Origin: Acholeplasmataceae bacterium
GTDB taxonomy: Bacteria; Bacillota_I; Bacilli_A; Acholeplasmatales; Acholeplasmataceae
Length of the DNA: 64,000 bases
Direction of reading: 5' to 3'
Assembly (NCBI GenBank): GCA_963675245.1
Contig: OY775910.1
Span: 1,504,001 to 1,568,000, forward strand
The translations under genes were made by a program, and so were the position numbers. How positions within the stretch are numbered: position 1 is the stretch's first letter; each line of letters starts with the position of its first letter. Positions 48,887 through 61,605 of this stretch are shown piece by piece. The notes below the pieces were generated by a model, which worked only from the letters and a program-made list of their open reading frames with translations, was not told the DNA's origin and did no database searches.

Positions 48887-50062
48887 TTATGCAACGATAA
48901 TAACTGTAACTAAATCTAAACCTAAACCTTCTTCAAGTTGAGCAGCTGTTAAGAATTCAGCAGCGATAAGTTCACCGTCTTCACCTTCTGGATCAACAAC
49001 ATCGACTTTACGTAATAATGTACCAACAGTACCATCAACTAAGTCAGCAAAGATTGCGTTGTAATCAGCTAAAGTGAATGAATCAAAACGATCGAATGCA
49101 TCAGCTGTATCATCGCCAATGACACTAGTTGGAAGACCAACACCATCATTTGAGGCATTAAAATATGTTGTTTTACCACCAAAGTCTGACCATTCAGCTT
49201 CAGTATCAACATCATAGATTGCAGCTAAAATTTGTTGGATTGAAGCAGCTAAACCTTTAGTAGCTGATGTTATAACAGTTTCACTATCATAACGTTGGTC
49301 AACGTCAACACCAATTACTTTACCTACTGGATCAGCTTCTGAAGCAGCAGCCATAACGCTCTTACCAACAGAACCACCAGCTGCGAAGATTACTTCTGCA
49401 CCAGCTTCGAACATAGCACTTGCAGTCGCTTTGTTTTCAGGACTTTCAGCAAAGTCACCTGTATAGTGATATCTAACTTCTACATCACCTGCAGTTAATC
49501 CTAATTCTTGTGCTGCATATTCAGCACCTTGTAAAAAGCCATTACCAAATGCAACAACAGCAGGAACTGCTTGTCCACCTTCGTAACCTAAGCTACGTAA
49601 GCCATCCATAACTGCTGCATAACCAGCTAAGAAACCTGATTCTTCTTCAGCATACATAACTGATGCAACGTTAGCATCTGTTCTGAATGTTGAATAGTCT
49701 GGTGTATGTGGAGCACCATCCAATAAAATGAATTTAACATCTGGATATAAAGTTTGTGCTGAGTAGATAGCTGGTTCGAATAAGAAACCAGGTGTTACAA
49801 CAACTTTAGCACCAGCGTCAACAGCATCACCAATAGCTGCTAAGTAATAATCATCTGAAATATCTTCTGGACGATAATATTGGTGTGAAATGTTATTTTC
49901 TTCAGCAAAAGCGACAACACCTTCCCAAGCACCTTGGTTGAATGATTTGTCATTGATGTCACCTTTATCAGTGATCAATGCAATTTCATATGTTGTTTCG
50001 CCACATGCAAATAATGCAACTGAAACAGCTAAAGCAAATAATACTAACAAAATTTTCTTCAT
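48887..50062 (-). CDS. BMP-family nucleoside-binding lipoprotein (NupN/PnrA-like)
   Basis: Lipobox LFAC; DKSFNQ.AWEG, GFLAG, IGVDVDQ, TSATK. Confidence 0.92.
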   Translation of the reverse strand: MKKILLVLFALAVSVALFACGETTYEIALITDKGDINDKSFNQGAWEGVVAFAEENNISHQYYRPEDISDDYYLAAIGDAVDAGAKVVVTPGFLFEPAIYSAQTLYPDVKFILLDGAPHTPDYSTFRTDANVASVMYAEEESGFLAGYAAVMDGLRSLGYEGGQAVPAVVAFGNGFLQGAEYAAQELGLTAGDVEVRYHYTGDFAESPENKATASAMFEAGAEVIFAAGGSVGKSVMAAASEADPVGKVIGVDVDQRYDSETVITSATKGLAASIQQILAAIYDVDTEAEWSDFGGKTTYFNASNDGVGLPTSVIGDDTADAFDRFDSFTLADYNAIFADLVDGTVGTLLRKVDVVDPEGEDGELIAAEFLTAAQLEEGLGLDLVTVIIVA

Positions 50063-50193
50063 TTTCCCATATTTCTCCTTATAAAATTTTTGAGACTCCT
50101 ACATCCCAATTACTAATAGTATACATACTATTTGCAAAAGATTCAATCATTATAGAACCTTTTTTACGATTTTGATAAAAAAGCACCGTCTAA

Positions 50194-51153
50194 TTACAGT
50201 GCTTCTTCTTGTTTTGACTCATTTTTATTTTTATTGCTCTTTTTGAATAAATTTGCTACTTTCTTTGGTAAAGAAATCATCGCATCACCAATGACAACAG
50301 GTAACATGCCAGTTGCTTCTAATAATGCATCTCTTCTAATCTTTTCTTTTGTAATATCAGCAGCATCCGTAAATAAATATTTTCTCGTAACAATTCCTAT
50401 TCTAAGTGTCAATAATGCATTTGATATCCCTTGTGTAACTGAGGACATTAATGGCTTAATCAGCGGTATTTCACCAATTGTATTAAGTGTTGATTGTGGT
50501 AGAACATCTGCTATATCCATATTTTCCAAACCTTCAGCAATCAATGCAGTTGTCATGACATTAATTGTTAACTTCGCTAAATTACGATAAGAGGGTCTAA
50601 ATCCACATGATTCAACAAGTTCTTTAATCATTCTAAGATTCACAATGATGACAGTAAAAAAATCAAGTCTACCATTTTGTGATATGGCTGTCGAAATCAT
50701 GACAGTTTTAGCATGTTTTCTAATCGTTTGATTTAATTGCTTTTTAATCACTTTATTATAGGTGTGATTAAGTGCTTCTTTAAGCGATTCACGATGATTA
50801 AGTGCTTGTCGTAATTTTTCTTTTTCTATGTCAGGTAGTTTATTACCATCTAACAATCTTTTTGCTACTCTTCGATAAGTAGCATGATTTCTTCTATTTC
50901 CTTCCTCATCCAATGTCGTCTCAATTGAAAACGATGGGGAGAAAACAATGATGTGTAACGGTCTGTATATCAATATATAGACAAGTAGTGCCGTCAAAGC
51001 ATAAAACGCATACTCAAGATACATAGAAACATTTCTTAATCTTTCACCAACGTCAAGCACTGATGAGAGTAGTATAAGTATAAATAAAATAATAAAACCA
51101 ATGGCTGTTAAATACCAAAATAGTTTTGTGGAGTTTCGTTTCATCAATATCAC
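50194..51153 (-). CDS. YcjF/DUF697-like membrane protein
   Basis: Two TM helices; TAISQ...D......NLRMI, QG..NALLTLRIG. The start may be 51144. Confidence 0.65.
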   Translation of the reverse strand: MILMKRNSTKLFWYLTAIGFIILFILILLSSVLDVGERLRNVSMYLEYAFYALTALLVYILIYRPLHIIVFSPSFSIETTLDEEGNRRNHATYRRVAKRLLDGNKLPDIEKEKLRQALNHRESLKEALNHTYNKVIKKQLNQTIRKHAKTVMISTAISQNGRLDFFTVIIVNLRMIKELVESCGFRPSYRNLAKLTINVMTTALIAEGLENMDIADVLPQSTLNTIGEIPLIKPLMSSVTQGISNALLTLRIGIVTRKYLFTDAADITKEKIRRDALLEATGMLPVVIGDAMISLPKKVANLFKKSNKNKNESKQEEAL

Positions 51154-51185
51154 ATCCTTATCATGATTATATCATGACTAAGGCA

Positions 51186-51869
51186 TTAAAGCGTTGTCTT
51201 CTTACTTTGTTTTATACTGTAAAATTCTTCTTTACCCAATATCAAGTGGTCAACTAAATCAATACCGATAATTTCTGATGCATTTATTAATTGTTTAGTG
51301 GTTTGAATATCTGCTCTTGATGGTTCTGAATTACCAGAGGGATGATTATGTACGATAATCATTCCAGCTGCACTATATTGAATCGCTTTTTTGAATATAT
51401 CACGAGGATGAATAACCATTTGATTCAACGTGCCTATATAGATTGTTTCCTCTTTTATGAGCTCACTTTTTACATTTAAATAAAGCACAATAAAGTGTTC
51501 TTGATCCAAATGAAGCAAATCAGGACTAAGCATGTAATATACATCATAAGGAGATGTAATTTTTGGCTTTATTTCAGTGATAGGTTTTGCCAACCTTCTC
51601 CCTAATTCTATCGCAGCAATCAAAGTGGTTGCTTTAGCAATTTTAATACCTTTAATGTGCATAAATTCTTGCACACTTAATCTTTTCATATCAGAAAGAT
51701 GTTCTATACTTGTTAAAACTTCATGTGCTAAAGCAAGCACAGAATGATCTTTTGTACCTGTTGATAACAATATTGCTAATAATTCTTCATTAGATAATGC
51801 GTGTGCACCACTCGCTAATAAGCGCTCTCTTGGACGCTCTGTTTGGTTCATTTCTCTGATTAAATACAA
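51186..51869 (-). CDS. radC: RadC (JAB domain) family protein
   Basis: RPRERL..GA..LS..ELLAILL, AAIELGRR, HPRDIF, HNHPSG...PS.AD, DHLI. Confidence 0.93.
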   Translation of the reverse strand: MYLIREMNQTERPRERLLASGAHALSNEELLAILLSTGTKDHSVLALAHEVLTSIEHLSDMKRLSVQEFMHIKGIKIAKATTLIAAIELGRRLAKPITEIKPKITSPYDVYYMLSPDLLHLDQEHFIVLYLNVKSELIKEETIYIGTLNQMVIHPRDIFKKAIQYSAAGMIIVHNHPSGNSEPSRADIQTTKQLINASEIIGIDLVDHLILGKEEFYSIKQSKKTTL

Positions 51870-51912
51870 AATAGCACCTCCTCTAGTCTATACTAGGGTA
51901 GTGCTATACCTT

Positions 51913-53146
51913 TTACTTGTAGTGATTTAATATATAACCGACAAAATGCAATGATCCAGTGATGATAATGACCTCATCACGTGTTTTTTGGTGAATGATG
52001 TTTTTTAAATAAGACAACACATCATCTTCAACATATTGTCGTCGATCAGTTTGAAAAGATTCTAGTGATACAAATCTCGGATCAGGAAATGAGACTAAGT
52101 CGAGTTGGTCACTAAAACTTTCTAGTTGAACTAACATCTTTTCAATATCCTTGTCTCCTAAAGCTGAGAAAACAATATGTACTTTATGATTGTGATAAGC
52201 TTTCTTAATTGTTTTCTTTAAAGCATCTATTGCGTGAGAATTGTGAGCTCCATCAACGATAACTAAAGGCTCAATCTCTGTAAATCTCGCAGGAATGTAA
52301 GCCTGCATCAGACCCTTTTTTATGGTATTCGTGTCAACACTAAATGGTGTTTGTTTAATTGCCTCTATCGCAAGTATGGCATTGTCAACTTGATAATCAC
52401 CATTCAGTCCTGGTTGATATCTATTACCCTTATACTCAAAGATAAGCGGTACTTCAGAAAGAATATTTACATCTCGATCTAAAAACGTCACTTCTGCGTG
52501 ATGTTTCTTCGCATAATCACTAAAAAATGGTCTTAATGTTTTATCAACAGTGGTAAGTAACTTTCCGTGCGATTTCAAAATGCCAAGCTTATTAAAAGCG
52601 ATTGATTCAAGTGTATTGCCAAGTTGTGTCATGTGATCAAATCCAATATTCGTAATTAACGATAAATCATAATGACCATATGCGTTAGTCGCATCAAGCA
52701 ATCCCCCGATACCTACTTCCATAATGACAACATCAAGATTCTGTGATTGAAAAATCATTAATGCAGCAAGTGTTAATAACTCAAAAAACGATAAACGTTC
52801 CTTATAGGTTTGTTCGAAGTCATTATTAAATGACTTGATATCTCTTAATAACATCATCAATACACGATCAGATAAAGGTTGGTCATTAATGGTAATTCGT
52901 TCATTAAAATTCAGGATATACGGAGATGTAAATGTGCCTACGTTTAATCCTTTAGCCATCAATATTTGTGTTAAATACTGACAAACAGACCCTTTACCAT
53001 TTGTCCCAGCTACATGAATCATATACGTTTCATTTAAATGTATCCCCTTCATCTCTAATGCTTGTTTCATACGCTTTAGATCTGTTTTAGGTCTAAACCT
53101 GGGTTGAGACTCAACCCACTGAATCAAAGCCTTTAAATCGGCATTC

Positions 53147-53160
<14 letters not shown>
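51913..53160 (-). CDS. folC: folylpolyglutamate synthase/dihydrofolate synthase
   Basis: HVAGTNGKGS, FTSP, EVGIGG.LDATN, DH...LG, DGAHN, TGSL. Confidence 0.93.
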
Positions 53161-55723
<2,563 letters not shown>

Positions 55724-55724
55724 T

Positions 55725-56261
55725 TTATTCATTCTCCTTAAAAAACATTTTTTTTGTGATCACATACATTTTTACATTAATCTTAGTACCATCAAAGTGA
55801 TCTCTTTTTTCATCATGCGAATAAACAAATCCACATTTATCAATCACGCGTTTAGACTGTAAATTATCTTCCGCATGACCACAAACAATTTCTTTCATCT
55901 CTGCTTCATTAAAGGCATAATCAAGTACTGCTTTAACAGCTTCAGGCGTATATGCCTTACCCCAATATGTATCATCAAGCACATAACCAATTTCACGTCT
56001 GTCTTCAATTGCATTAATGAAATTTCTAACATGTAAACCAATCGTACCAACGATGACATCTTTAGGTTTAATGGTAATAGCCCAGACTTCACCTTCAGTC
56101 ACAAGCAATTTCAATATTTTAATCGTATCCTCAATGGTTTGATGAGGAGCCCAACCAGCCATTGGGCCAATCGTTGGTTTTTTAGCATATTTAAAAAGAT
56201 CTTCTGCGTCTTCTAATCTTAAACTTCTCAGAATTAATCTTCTTGTTTCTAGTGTTTGCAT
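55725..56261 (-). CDS. RimJ/RimL-family GNAT acetyltransferase
   Basis: LETRRLILR, EIGY.L...YWGKAY..EAV, N..S.RV..KCGF. Confidence 0.88.
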   Translation of the reverse strand: MQTLETRRLILRSLRLEDAEDLFKYAKKPTIGPMAGWAPHQTIEDTIKILKLLVTEGEVWAITIKPKDVIVGTIGLHVRNFINAIEDRREIGYVLDDTYWGKAYTPEAVKAVLDYAFNEAEMKEIVCGHAEDNLQSKRVIDKCGFVYSHDEKRDHFDGTKINVKMYVITKKMFFKENE

Positions 56262-56275
56262 ATAAACCTCTTTTC

Positions 56276-56500
56276 AAAAAAAACGCCCTTAGAAAAATCT
56301 AAGGACGAATAATCGCGGTACCACCTTAGTTCTAGAATTGCTTCTAGCCCTCAAAATCTGTAACGTAGATAGACGCTGATAACTACTTATTTCACTATCA
56401 GAACTCCTTGGTGACGTTCATGACTGCAAGGACGATATTTCCACCAACAATCGCTCTCTTTAACGCTTAACGAGTCATTACTCTTCCAAATCATTGCTTT
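56276..56500 (-). promoter_or_regulatory. T-box riboswitch, valine specifier
   Basis: T-box AACTAAGGTGGTACCGCG (56331-56314); stem I with AGTA, AGAGAG, GGTGGAA; specifier GAAC-GTC-A (56415-56413); terminator CGTCCTTAGA/TCTAAGGGCG plus U-run; -10 TATAAT at 56512-56507. Confidence 0.92.
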
Positions 56501-56543
56501 GACATTATTATACTATAGGTCATCCATTTAGTAAAGCGAATAA

Positions 56544-57689
56544 TTAACCTAATTCTAATATCGGTATTTGTTCAAGAATGATATCAATTTGAATCGCAAA
56601 ATGCAATCCTTCAATACCTTCTGTCGTATTATCTACAACTTCATTGACATAACTTAAGAAATTAATACCGACAAGTTCGCCATAAATGTTAACGAGTGCT
56701 CCACCACTATTACCAGGGCTAATCGCAGCATCATGTTGAATTGATACCGTATTCGTATTACTCGTATCATCAGTATAAACCATCGGCCTGTTAATCGCTG
56801 AAATAATACCCATTGTTGCTGTATTTGGTAAATCCAGTGGTGAGCCAATTGCGAATACAAACTGTCCAACTGCTAAATCATTAATGTTTCCTAATGTAAT
56901 GACATCAAAACTTCTATCAGATGTGAATTTTAAAATGGCTAAATCATGAGTAATACTTGTCCCCAGCATTTGTGTTCTATTTCTAGCAATTTCAATCGTC
57001 CCTGAACCATCAAAAACAGTTATTGTAAAATCTCCTGTATCATAACCATCAACGACATGATGGTTTGTTAACACATAATAATCATCACCTTCATGCTTAT
57101 AAATGACGCCTGATCCACCTGATCCACTGCTGAATATACCTGATTGTGCTTCAATCATGACAACAGATTGTCTGACTTGATCTAACATATCAACGATTTG
57201 ATCTTGTAGAAGAGCGACAATGTCTAGTGATTCGATGACTATTTCTAGTAGTGATTGTTCATCAATATAATTACCACTCATAATAATATCTGTAACAATA
57301 TTGGTAACTGTTTCTTGATCAGCAATCGTTAGATTATCAGCATCAAGTATATCATTAATCATGTTTCTTATATTTTCAACCGAGTAGATTTCATTTTCAT
57401 CTAGCCATTTAGCATATAGTGTAATATCGTCATTAAAGCCAACCGAGAAGTTTGCTTCATAAAAATAATCCGAATCTAAATACCATCCATCAAAAATAAA
57501 ACCTTCTTTAGTAGGAATTTCATTTGGTACGAACATTGTTTTTCTTTGTACAATCATATCATCTATGTCACTACCACCAACTTCTTCGAACGACACGGTG
57601 ATTTCAATGATTAAAAAATCATCTGCAACACAGCCAGAAAAAACAAATAATGACATAACCAACAAAAATATGAAGTATATTCTTTTCAA
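56544..57689 (-). CDS. lipoprotein trypsin-like (HtrA-type) serine protease with InlB B-repeat, no PDZ
   Basis: Lipobox FSGC; PTKEGFIFDGWY...DITLYAKW repeat; triad TNHHV, DLA, GNSGG; the protein ends right after the protease domain. Confidence 0.85.
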   Translation of the reverse strand: MKRIYFIFLLVMSLFVFSGCVADDFLIIEITVSFEEVGGSDIDDMIVQRKTMFVPNEIPTKEGFIFDGWYLDSDYFYEANFSVGFNDDITLYAKWLDENEIYSVENIRNMINDILDADNLTIADQETVTNIVTDIIMSGNYIDEQSLLEIVIESLDIVALLQDQIVDMLDQVRQSVVMIEAQSGIFSSGSGGSGVIYKHEGDDYYVLTNHHVVDGYDTGDFTITVFDGSGTIEIARNRTQMLGTSITHDLAILKFTSDRSFDVITLGNINDLAVGQFVFAIGSPLDLPNTATMGIISAINRPMVYTDDTSNTNTVSIQHDAAISPGNSGGALVNIYGELVGINFLSYVNEVVDNTTEGIEGLHFAIQIDIILEQIPILELG

Positions 57690-57693
57690 TATT

Positions 57694-58551
57694 TTAACTC
57701 CTTACTATATATAAAATACCAATTGTACCTGGTCCACAATGACTAGAAATCACACAACCAGCATAATTTTCCATTAAATGTTTAGGTGACACCTTGGATT
57801 TTATTTGATCTATCATATAGAGTGCTTGTTTATCTGCTAGACTGTGTGTAATCATAACATAGTCTAAGTCAAGATTTTTTAATTGTGCTTCATTGAAAAA
57901 ATCTTTTAACATAATATCAAGTGCCCTTGTCATTTTACCAACAGGTTTTTTATAAACTTCAAGCTTTCCCCTTCTTACCTGGATGATAGGTTTAATACCA
58001 AGAATACCACCAATTAATTTGGCCGTGCCAGAAGCACGTCCCCCTTTGTGTAGATAGTCTAACGTCTTAATAGCAAACTGTGATCTTACTCTTGGTACGA
58101 GTCGTTCTAACTGAATTTTTATGTCTTTGGCTGATAAACCTTGATCTCTTAAATCACAAGCCTTTAAAACTAGTAAACCAATACCAGATGAAAGATTTCT
58201 TGAGTCAATAAGATATATATCATCTGACTCAAGAGAACTTTTGGCAATCATTGCAGATTGAAAAGTACCAGAAATATCTCCACCAATACCTGTATATAAA
58301 ATCTCATATCCTTCAGCTAAATACTGCTCAAAAAAAGCTAGAAATTGACCAGGTGAAATGGCTGCAGTTTTCGGTATTTCCTTTTTTTCATTAACGATAT
58401 CATACAATTCTTTTGTGGTTAAATCGATACCGTCACGATAACTATCTTCACCAAATTGAACAAGCAATGGTAAAGAATGAATCATTCTCTCTTCCCTTAT
58501 CTCACTACTAAGGTCAGCTGTTGAATCCGTTAAAATTAATACACGTTTCAT
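57694..58551 (-). CDS. DegV/FakB fatty-acid-binding protein
   Basis: TDSTADL, PKTA, SGT, DSRNLS, L.YL.KGGR, H.GPG. Confidence 0.92.
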   Translation of the reverse strand: MKRVLILTDSTADLSSEIREERMIHSLPLLVQFGEDSYRDGIDLTTKELYDIVNEKKEIPKTAAISPGQFLAFFEQYLAEGYEILYTGIGGDISGTFQSAMIAKSSLESDDIYLIDSRNLSSGIGLLVLKACDLRDQGLSAKDIKIQLERLVPRVRSQFAIKTLDYLHKGGRASGTAKLIGGILGIKPIIQVRRGKLEVYKKPVGKMTRALDIMLKDFFNEAQLKNLDLDYVMITHSLADKQALYMIDQIKSKVSPKHLMENYAGCVISSHCGPGTIGILYIVRS

Positions 58552-59132
58552 TCATGCATCTTCCCCTCTTCAAGAATTTCATCAAATAGTGCCATCGCAC
58601 CAATTTGATTAATGCGTTTGGTATTACTTATAGCAATCACAGGTATACCTAACTTTTTATGAATGATGTCGTGTTGTTTTTTACGTTTTGTTTTAGGGAT
58701 TTGATCGACTTTTGTCGCGATCACGCCAACAGGCAAACCTGATTGTTTTACATTATTAATCCATTCAATATCTAGACTAGTTGGTCCAACTTTAAAATCA
58801 ATTAACACGATAATACCCTTAAGGGGTTCAGATTCATTGATAAAATTCACAATCATTCTCATAAAGTTTTCGCTCATTGTTCTGGATCGTTTAGCATATC
58901 CATAACCCGGTGCATCTACTAAATTAAATCGTTCATCAATCTGATAAAAATTAAGAAGCAAAGTTTTTCCTGGTGTACCAGAAGTCCTTGCCAAATTTTT
59001 TCTATTTGTCAATCCATTGATAAAAGAGCTTTTACCAACATTTGATCGCCCCATAACGAGAACTTGTGGGAGGGAATCAGGTGCATCTACTACATTTTCG
59101 ATACTTTTAATATACTCAGCTTTGTCAAACAT
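58548..59132 (-). CDS. engB: ribosome biogenesis GTPase YsxC/EngB
   Basis: GRSNVGKSS, TPGKT, DAPGYGYA, TKVD. Confidence 0.95.
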   Translation of the reverse strand: MFDKAEYIKSIENVVDAPDSLPQVLVMGRSNVGKSSFINGLTNRKNLARTSGTPGKTLLLNFYQIDERFNLVDAPGYGYAKRSRTMSENFMRMIVNFINESEPLKGIIVLIDFKVGPTSLDIEWINNVKQSGLPVGVIATKVDQIPKTKRKKQHDIIHKKLGIPVIAISNTKRINQIGAMALFDEILEEGKMHE

Positions 59133-59165
59133 AAAACCCTCCTTTATCTATAATTAGATTATAAC

Positions 59166-59192
59166 AAAAAGTAGCCCAAAGGACTACTTTTT
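59166..59192. terminator. terminator after lon
   Basis: AAAAAGTAG...CTACTTTTT hairpin. Confidence 0.65.
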
Positions 59193-59200
59193 AATTCAAC

Positions 59201-61510
59201 TTACTTCAATGCATATTGAAATACTTGTTGGACATTTTCAACTGTAATGATTTTTAATGCATCTCTTACTTCTTCTGGAATATCTTCAATATCCTTTTCA
59301 TTTTCTTTAGGAATCAGGATTGTTTTTAGTCCAGAACGATGTGCAGCAATTGATTTTTCTTTTAATCCACCAATAGGAAGTACATATCCTCTTAATGTGA
59401 TTTCACCAGTCATCCCAATTTCTTTATTGACAAAACGGTGAGTAGCTGCTGAGATAATCGCTGTAGCCATTGTAATACCGGCAGATGGACCATCTTTAGG
59501 TACAGCACCTTCAGGTACATGCACATGGAAATCATTATTGTTAAAGATATCCGGATCAATACCGAATGCATCGGCATTCGCTTTAACGAATGATAACGCT
59601 GTTTGCGCTGATTCTTTCATCACATCGCCTAATTTACCTGTTAAAACGAGATTACCTTTACCTTTATAATAGGTCACTTCAACTGGCAATGTATCTCCGC
59701 CAAACGCTGTATAGGCTAAACCTGTAGCAACTCCAATTTGTTCTTTTTCATCAGCTAAGTTATGTGTAAATCTTGGTTTACCTATATAGGCAATAAGATT
59801 ATCCATCGTGATTTCAATTGTATCAATTTTCTTCATCAGAATATCTTTTATACCTTTTCTGATTAAAGCACCAATAAAGCGGTTTAATTCACGTACACCT
59901 GCTTCTCTTGTATAGTGCTGGATGATGTAGTAAATCGCGTCATCTGTGATTGAAAATTGATCGTCTTTAAGACCGTGCGCCTTCAATTGTTTTTTAATTA
60001 AGTGAAGTCTAGCAATCTTAAATTTTTCTTGTTCTGTATAACTAGATAGCTCGACAATTTCCATACGATCTCTTAATGGTGCTGGTACATTTTCTAAATA
60101 GTTCGCTGTTGTGATAAAGAGAACTTGTGATAAATCATATGGTTCTTCTAGATAGTGGTCAGAAAATTTAGCGTTTTGTTCTGGATCTAACACCTCAAGC
60201 ATTGCAGATGCTGGATCACCTTTATAATCAGATGACATTTTATCAATTTCATCTAATAGGAAGACTGGATTAACAGTTTTAGCATCTTTCATACCTTTAA
60301 TAATTCGACCAGGCATTGCTCCAATGTATGTTCTTCTATGACCTCTAATTTCAGATTCATCTCTAACGCCACCAAGTGACTGTTTGACGAACTTACGGTT
60401 TAATGCTTCTGCTATTGAAATTGCTAATGACGTTTTACCAACCCCTGGAGGCCCTGCCAAACATAAAATCGTTTGTGGATTTCTTCTTGTCATTATTTTA
60501 ACTGCGAGATATTCAATAATACGTTCTTTTACCTTATCTAGACCATAATGGTTTTGATCAAGTTTCGTTTGAACTTTATTTAAGTCATAATTATCTCTAG
60601 AAGCCTTTTTCCAAGGTAGGTCAATCAATAAATCCAAGTAACTTCTGATGATAGAAGATTCTGCCATCATCGAAGGTGTGGATTGATATCTTGCTAATTC
60701 ATTAAGTGCTTTTTCTTCAATCGCTTTAGGCATTTTAGCTTTTAATATTTTATCTCTTAGCTCATCGATTTCGTTTTCTTTTTTCGCTTTATCGCCTAAT
60801 TCGTTTTGAATCGCACGCATTTTTTCGCGCAAATAGTATTCCTTTTGATTTTCATCAATTGACTGCTTAATTTCATCATTAATTTTTTGTTCAAGATCTA
60901 AAATCATTTTAAGTTTATTAATATCTTCTAATAGCATTTTTAAACGTTTGTTTAAGTTTACCTCAACAAGATATTTAAACTTATCATTTTCATCAATTTT
61001 AAGACTATTCGCAATCAAATCTGCTACCTTTTCAGAAGGTAAGCCTTGTTTGATTTTATCTAGTGGATTACTGTTTGGAAGAAGGATTGATGACGAGTTA
61101 TTAACCACTTCTTCAACGACCATTTTAACAAGTGTCGCTTCTTCTTCAACATTACCCATTTCTGTTTCTAATTCTTCATATTCAACAACAAAGTATGGTT
61201 CAGTAACAAAGTAATCTTTAACCTTTACACGATTAATGATTTGTAACTTTGATTTATATGAGCCATTTGGCATTTTTATTTTCATATGAACCTTGACTAG
61301 TACACCAAATTCTTCAATATCTTCAGCTGTTGGTTTCTCAATCATAGGATTTCTTTGAATAATAACGATGGCATATGAACCGAAATTTCTTTCAGCTTCT
61401 TCTAATGCTTTTAAACTGATCTTACGACCAATTTCAATACGTATATCGTTATTTGGGATTGGCGTGACGCCGCGGACGACGATTGCCGGTAAACTTTTTG
61501 CTAGTTCCAT
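59201..61510 (-). CDS. lon: ATP-dependent protease La
   Basis: [31 protein letters not shown]. Confidence 0.97.
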   Translation of the reverse strand: MELAKSLPAIVVRGVTPIPNNDIRIEIGRKISLKALEEAERNFGSYAIVIIQRNPMIEKPTAEDIEEFGVLVKVHMKIKMPNGSYKSKLQIINRVKVKDYFVTEPYFVVEYEELETEMGNVEEEATLVKMVVEEVVNNSSSILLPNSNPLDKIKQGLPSEKVADLIANSLKIDENDKFKYLVEVNLNKRLKMLLEDINKLKMILDLEQKINDEIKQSIDENQKEYYLREKMRAIQNELGDKAKKENEIDELRDKILKAKMPKAIEEKALNELARYQSTPSMMAESSIIRSYLDLLIDLPWKKASRDNYDLNKVQTKLDQNHYGLDKVKERIIEYLAVKIMTRRNPQTILCLAGPPGVGKTSLAISIAEALNRKFVKQSLGGVRDESEIRGHRRTYIGAMPGRIIKGMKDAKTVNPVFLLDEIDKMSSDYKGDPASAMLEVLDPEQNAKFSDHYLEEPYDLSQVLFITTANYLENVPAPLRDRMEIVELSSYTEQEKFKIARLHLIKKQLKAHGLKDDQFSITDDAIYYIIQHYTREAGVRELNRFIGALIRKGIKDILMKKIDTIEITMDNLIAYIGKPRFTHNLADEKEQIGVATGLAYTAFGGDTLPVEVTYYKGKGNLVLTGKLGDVMKESAQTALSFVKANADAFGIDPDIFNNNDFHVHVPEGAVPKDGPSAGITMATAIISAATHRFVNKEIGMTGEITLRGYVLPIGGLKEKSIAAHRSGLKTILIPKENEKDIEDIPEEVRDALKIITVENVQQVFQYALK

Positions 61511-61570
61511 CGTTTATCACCTCTTGATGAGCATAATTATACGAGAACAGTATAGCACGGTTTAATGAAA

Positions 61571-61597
61571 TTTGCAATCATAAAGCATGAGTGCCAA
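61571..61597 (-). promoter_or_regulatory. CIRCE (HrcA operator) overlapping the lon -35
   Basis: TTGGCACTC-N9-GATTGCAAA versus consensus TTAGCACTC-N9-GAGTGCTAA; -35 TTGCAA (61577-61572), 17 nt, TGnTATACT (61554-61549). Confidence 0.75.
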
Positions 61598-61605
61598 TTT
61601 GATTA

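Noticed and set aside
50063..50190. Purine riboswitch expected before the nucleoside ABC transporter
   Set aside because: The aptamer core sequences and three-stem junction were not found.
51186..51869. radC as a marker of a mobile or defence element
   Set aside because: It is the full-length form in the ancestral valS-folC-radC context.
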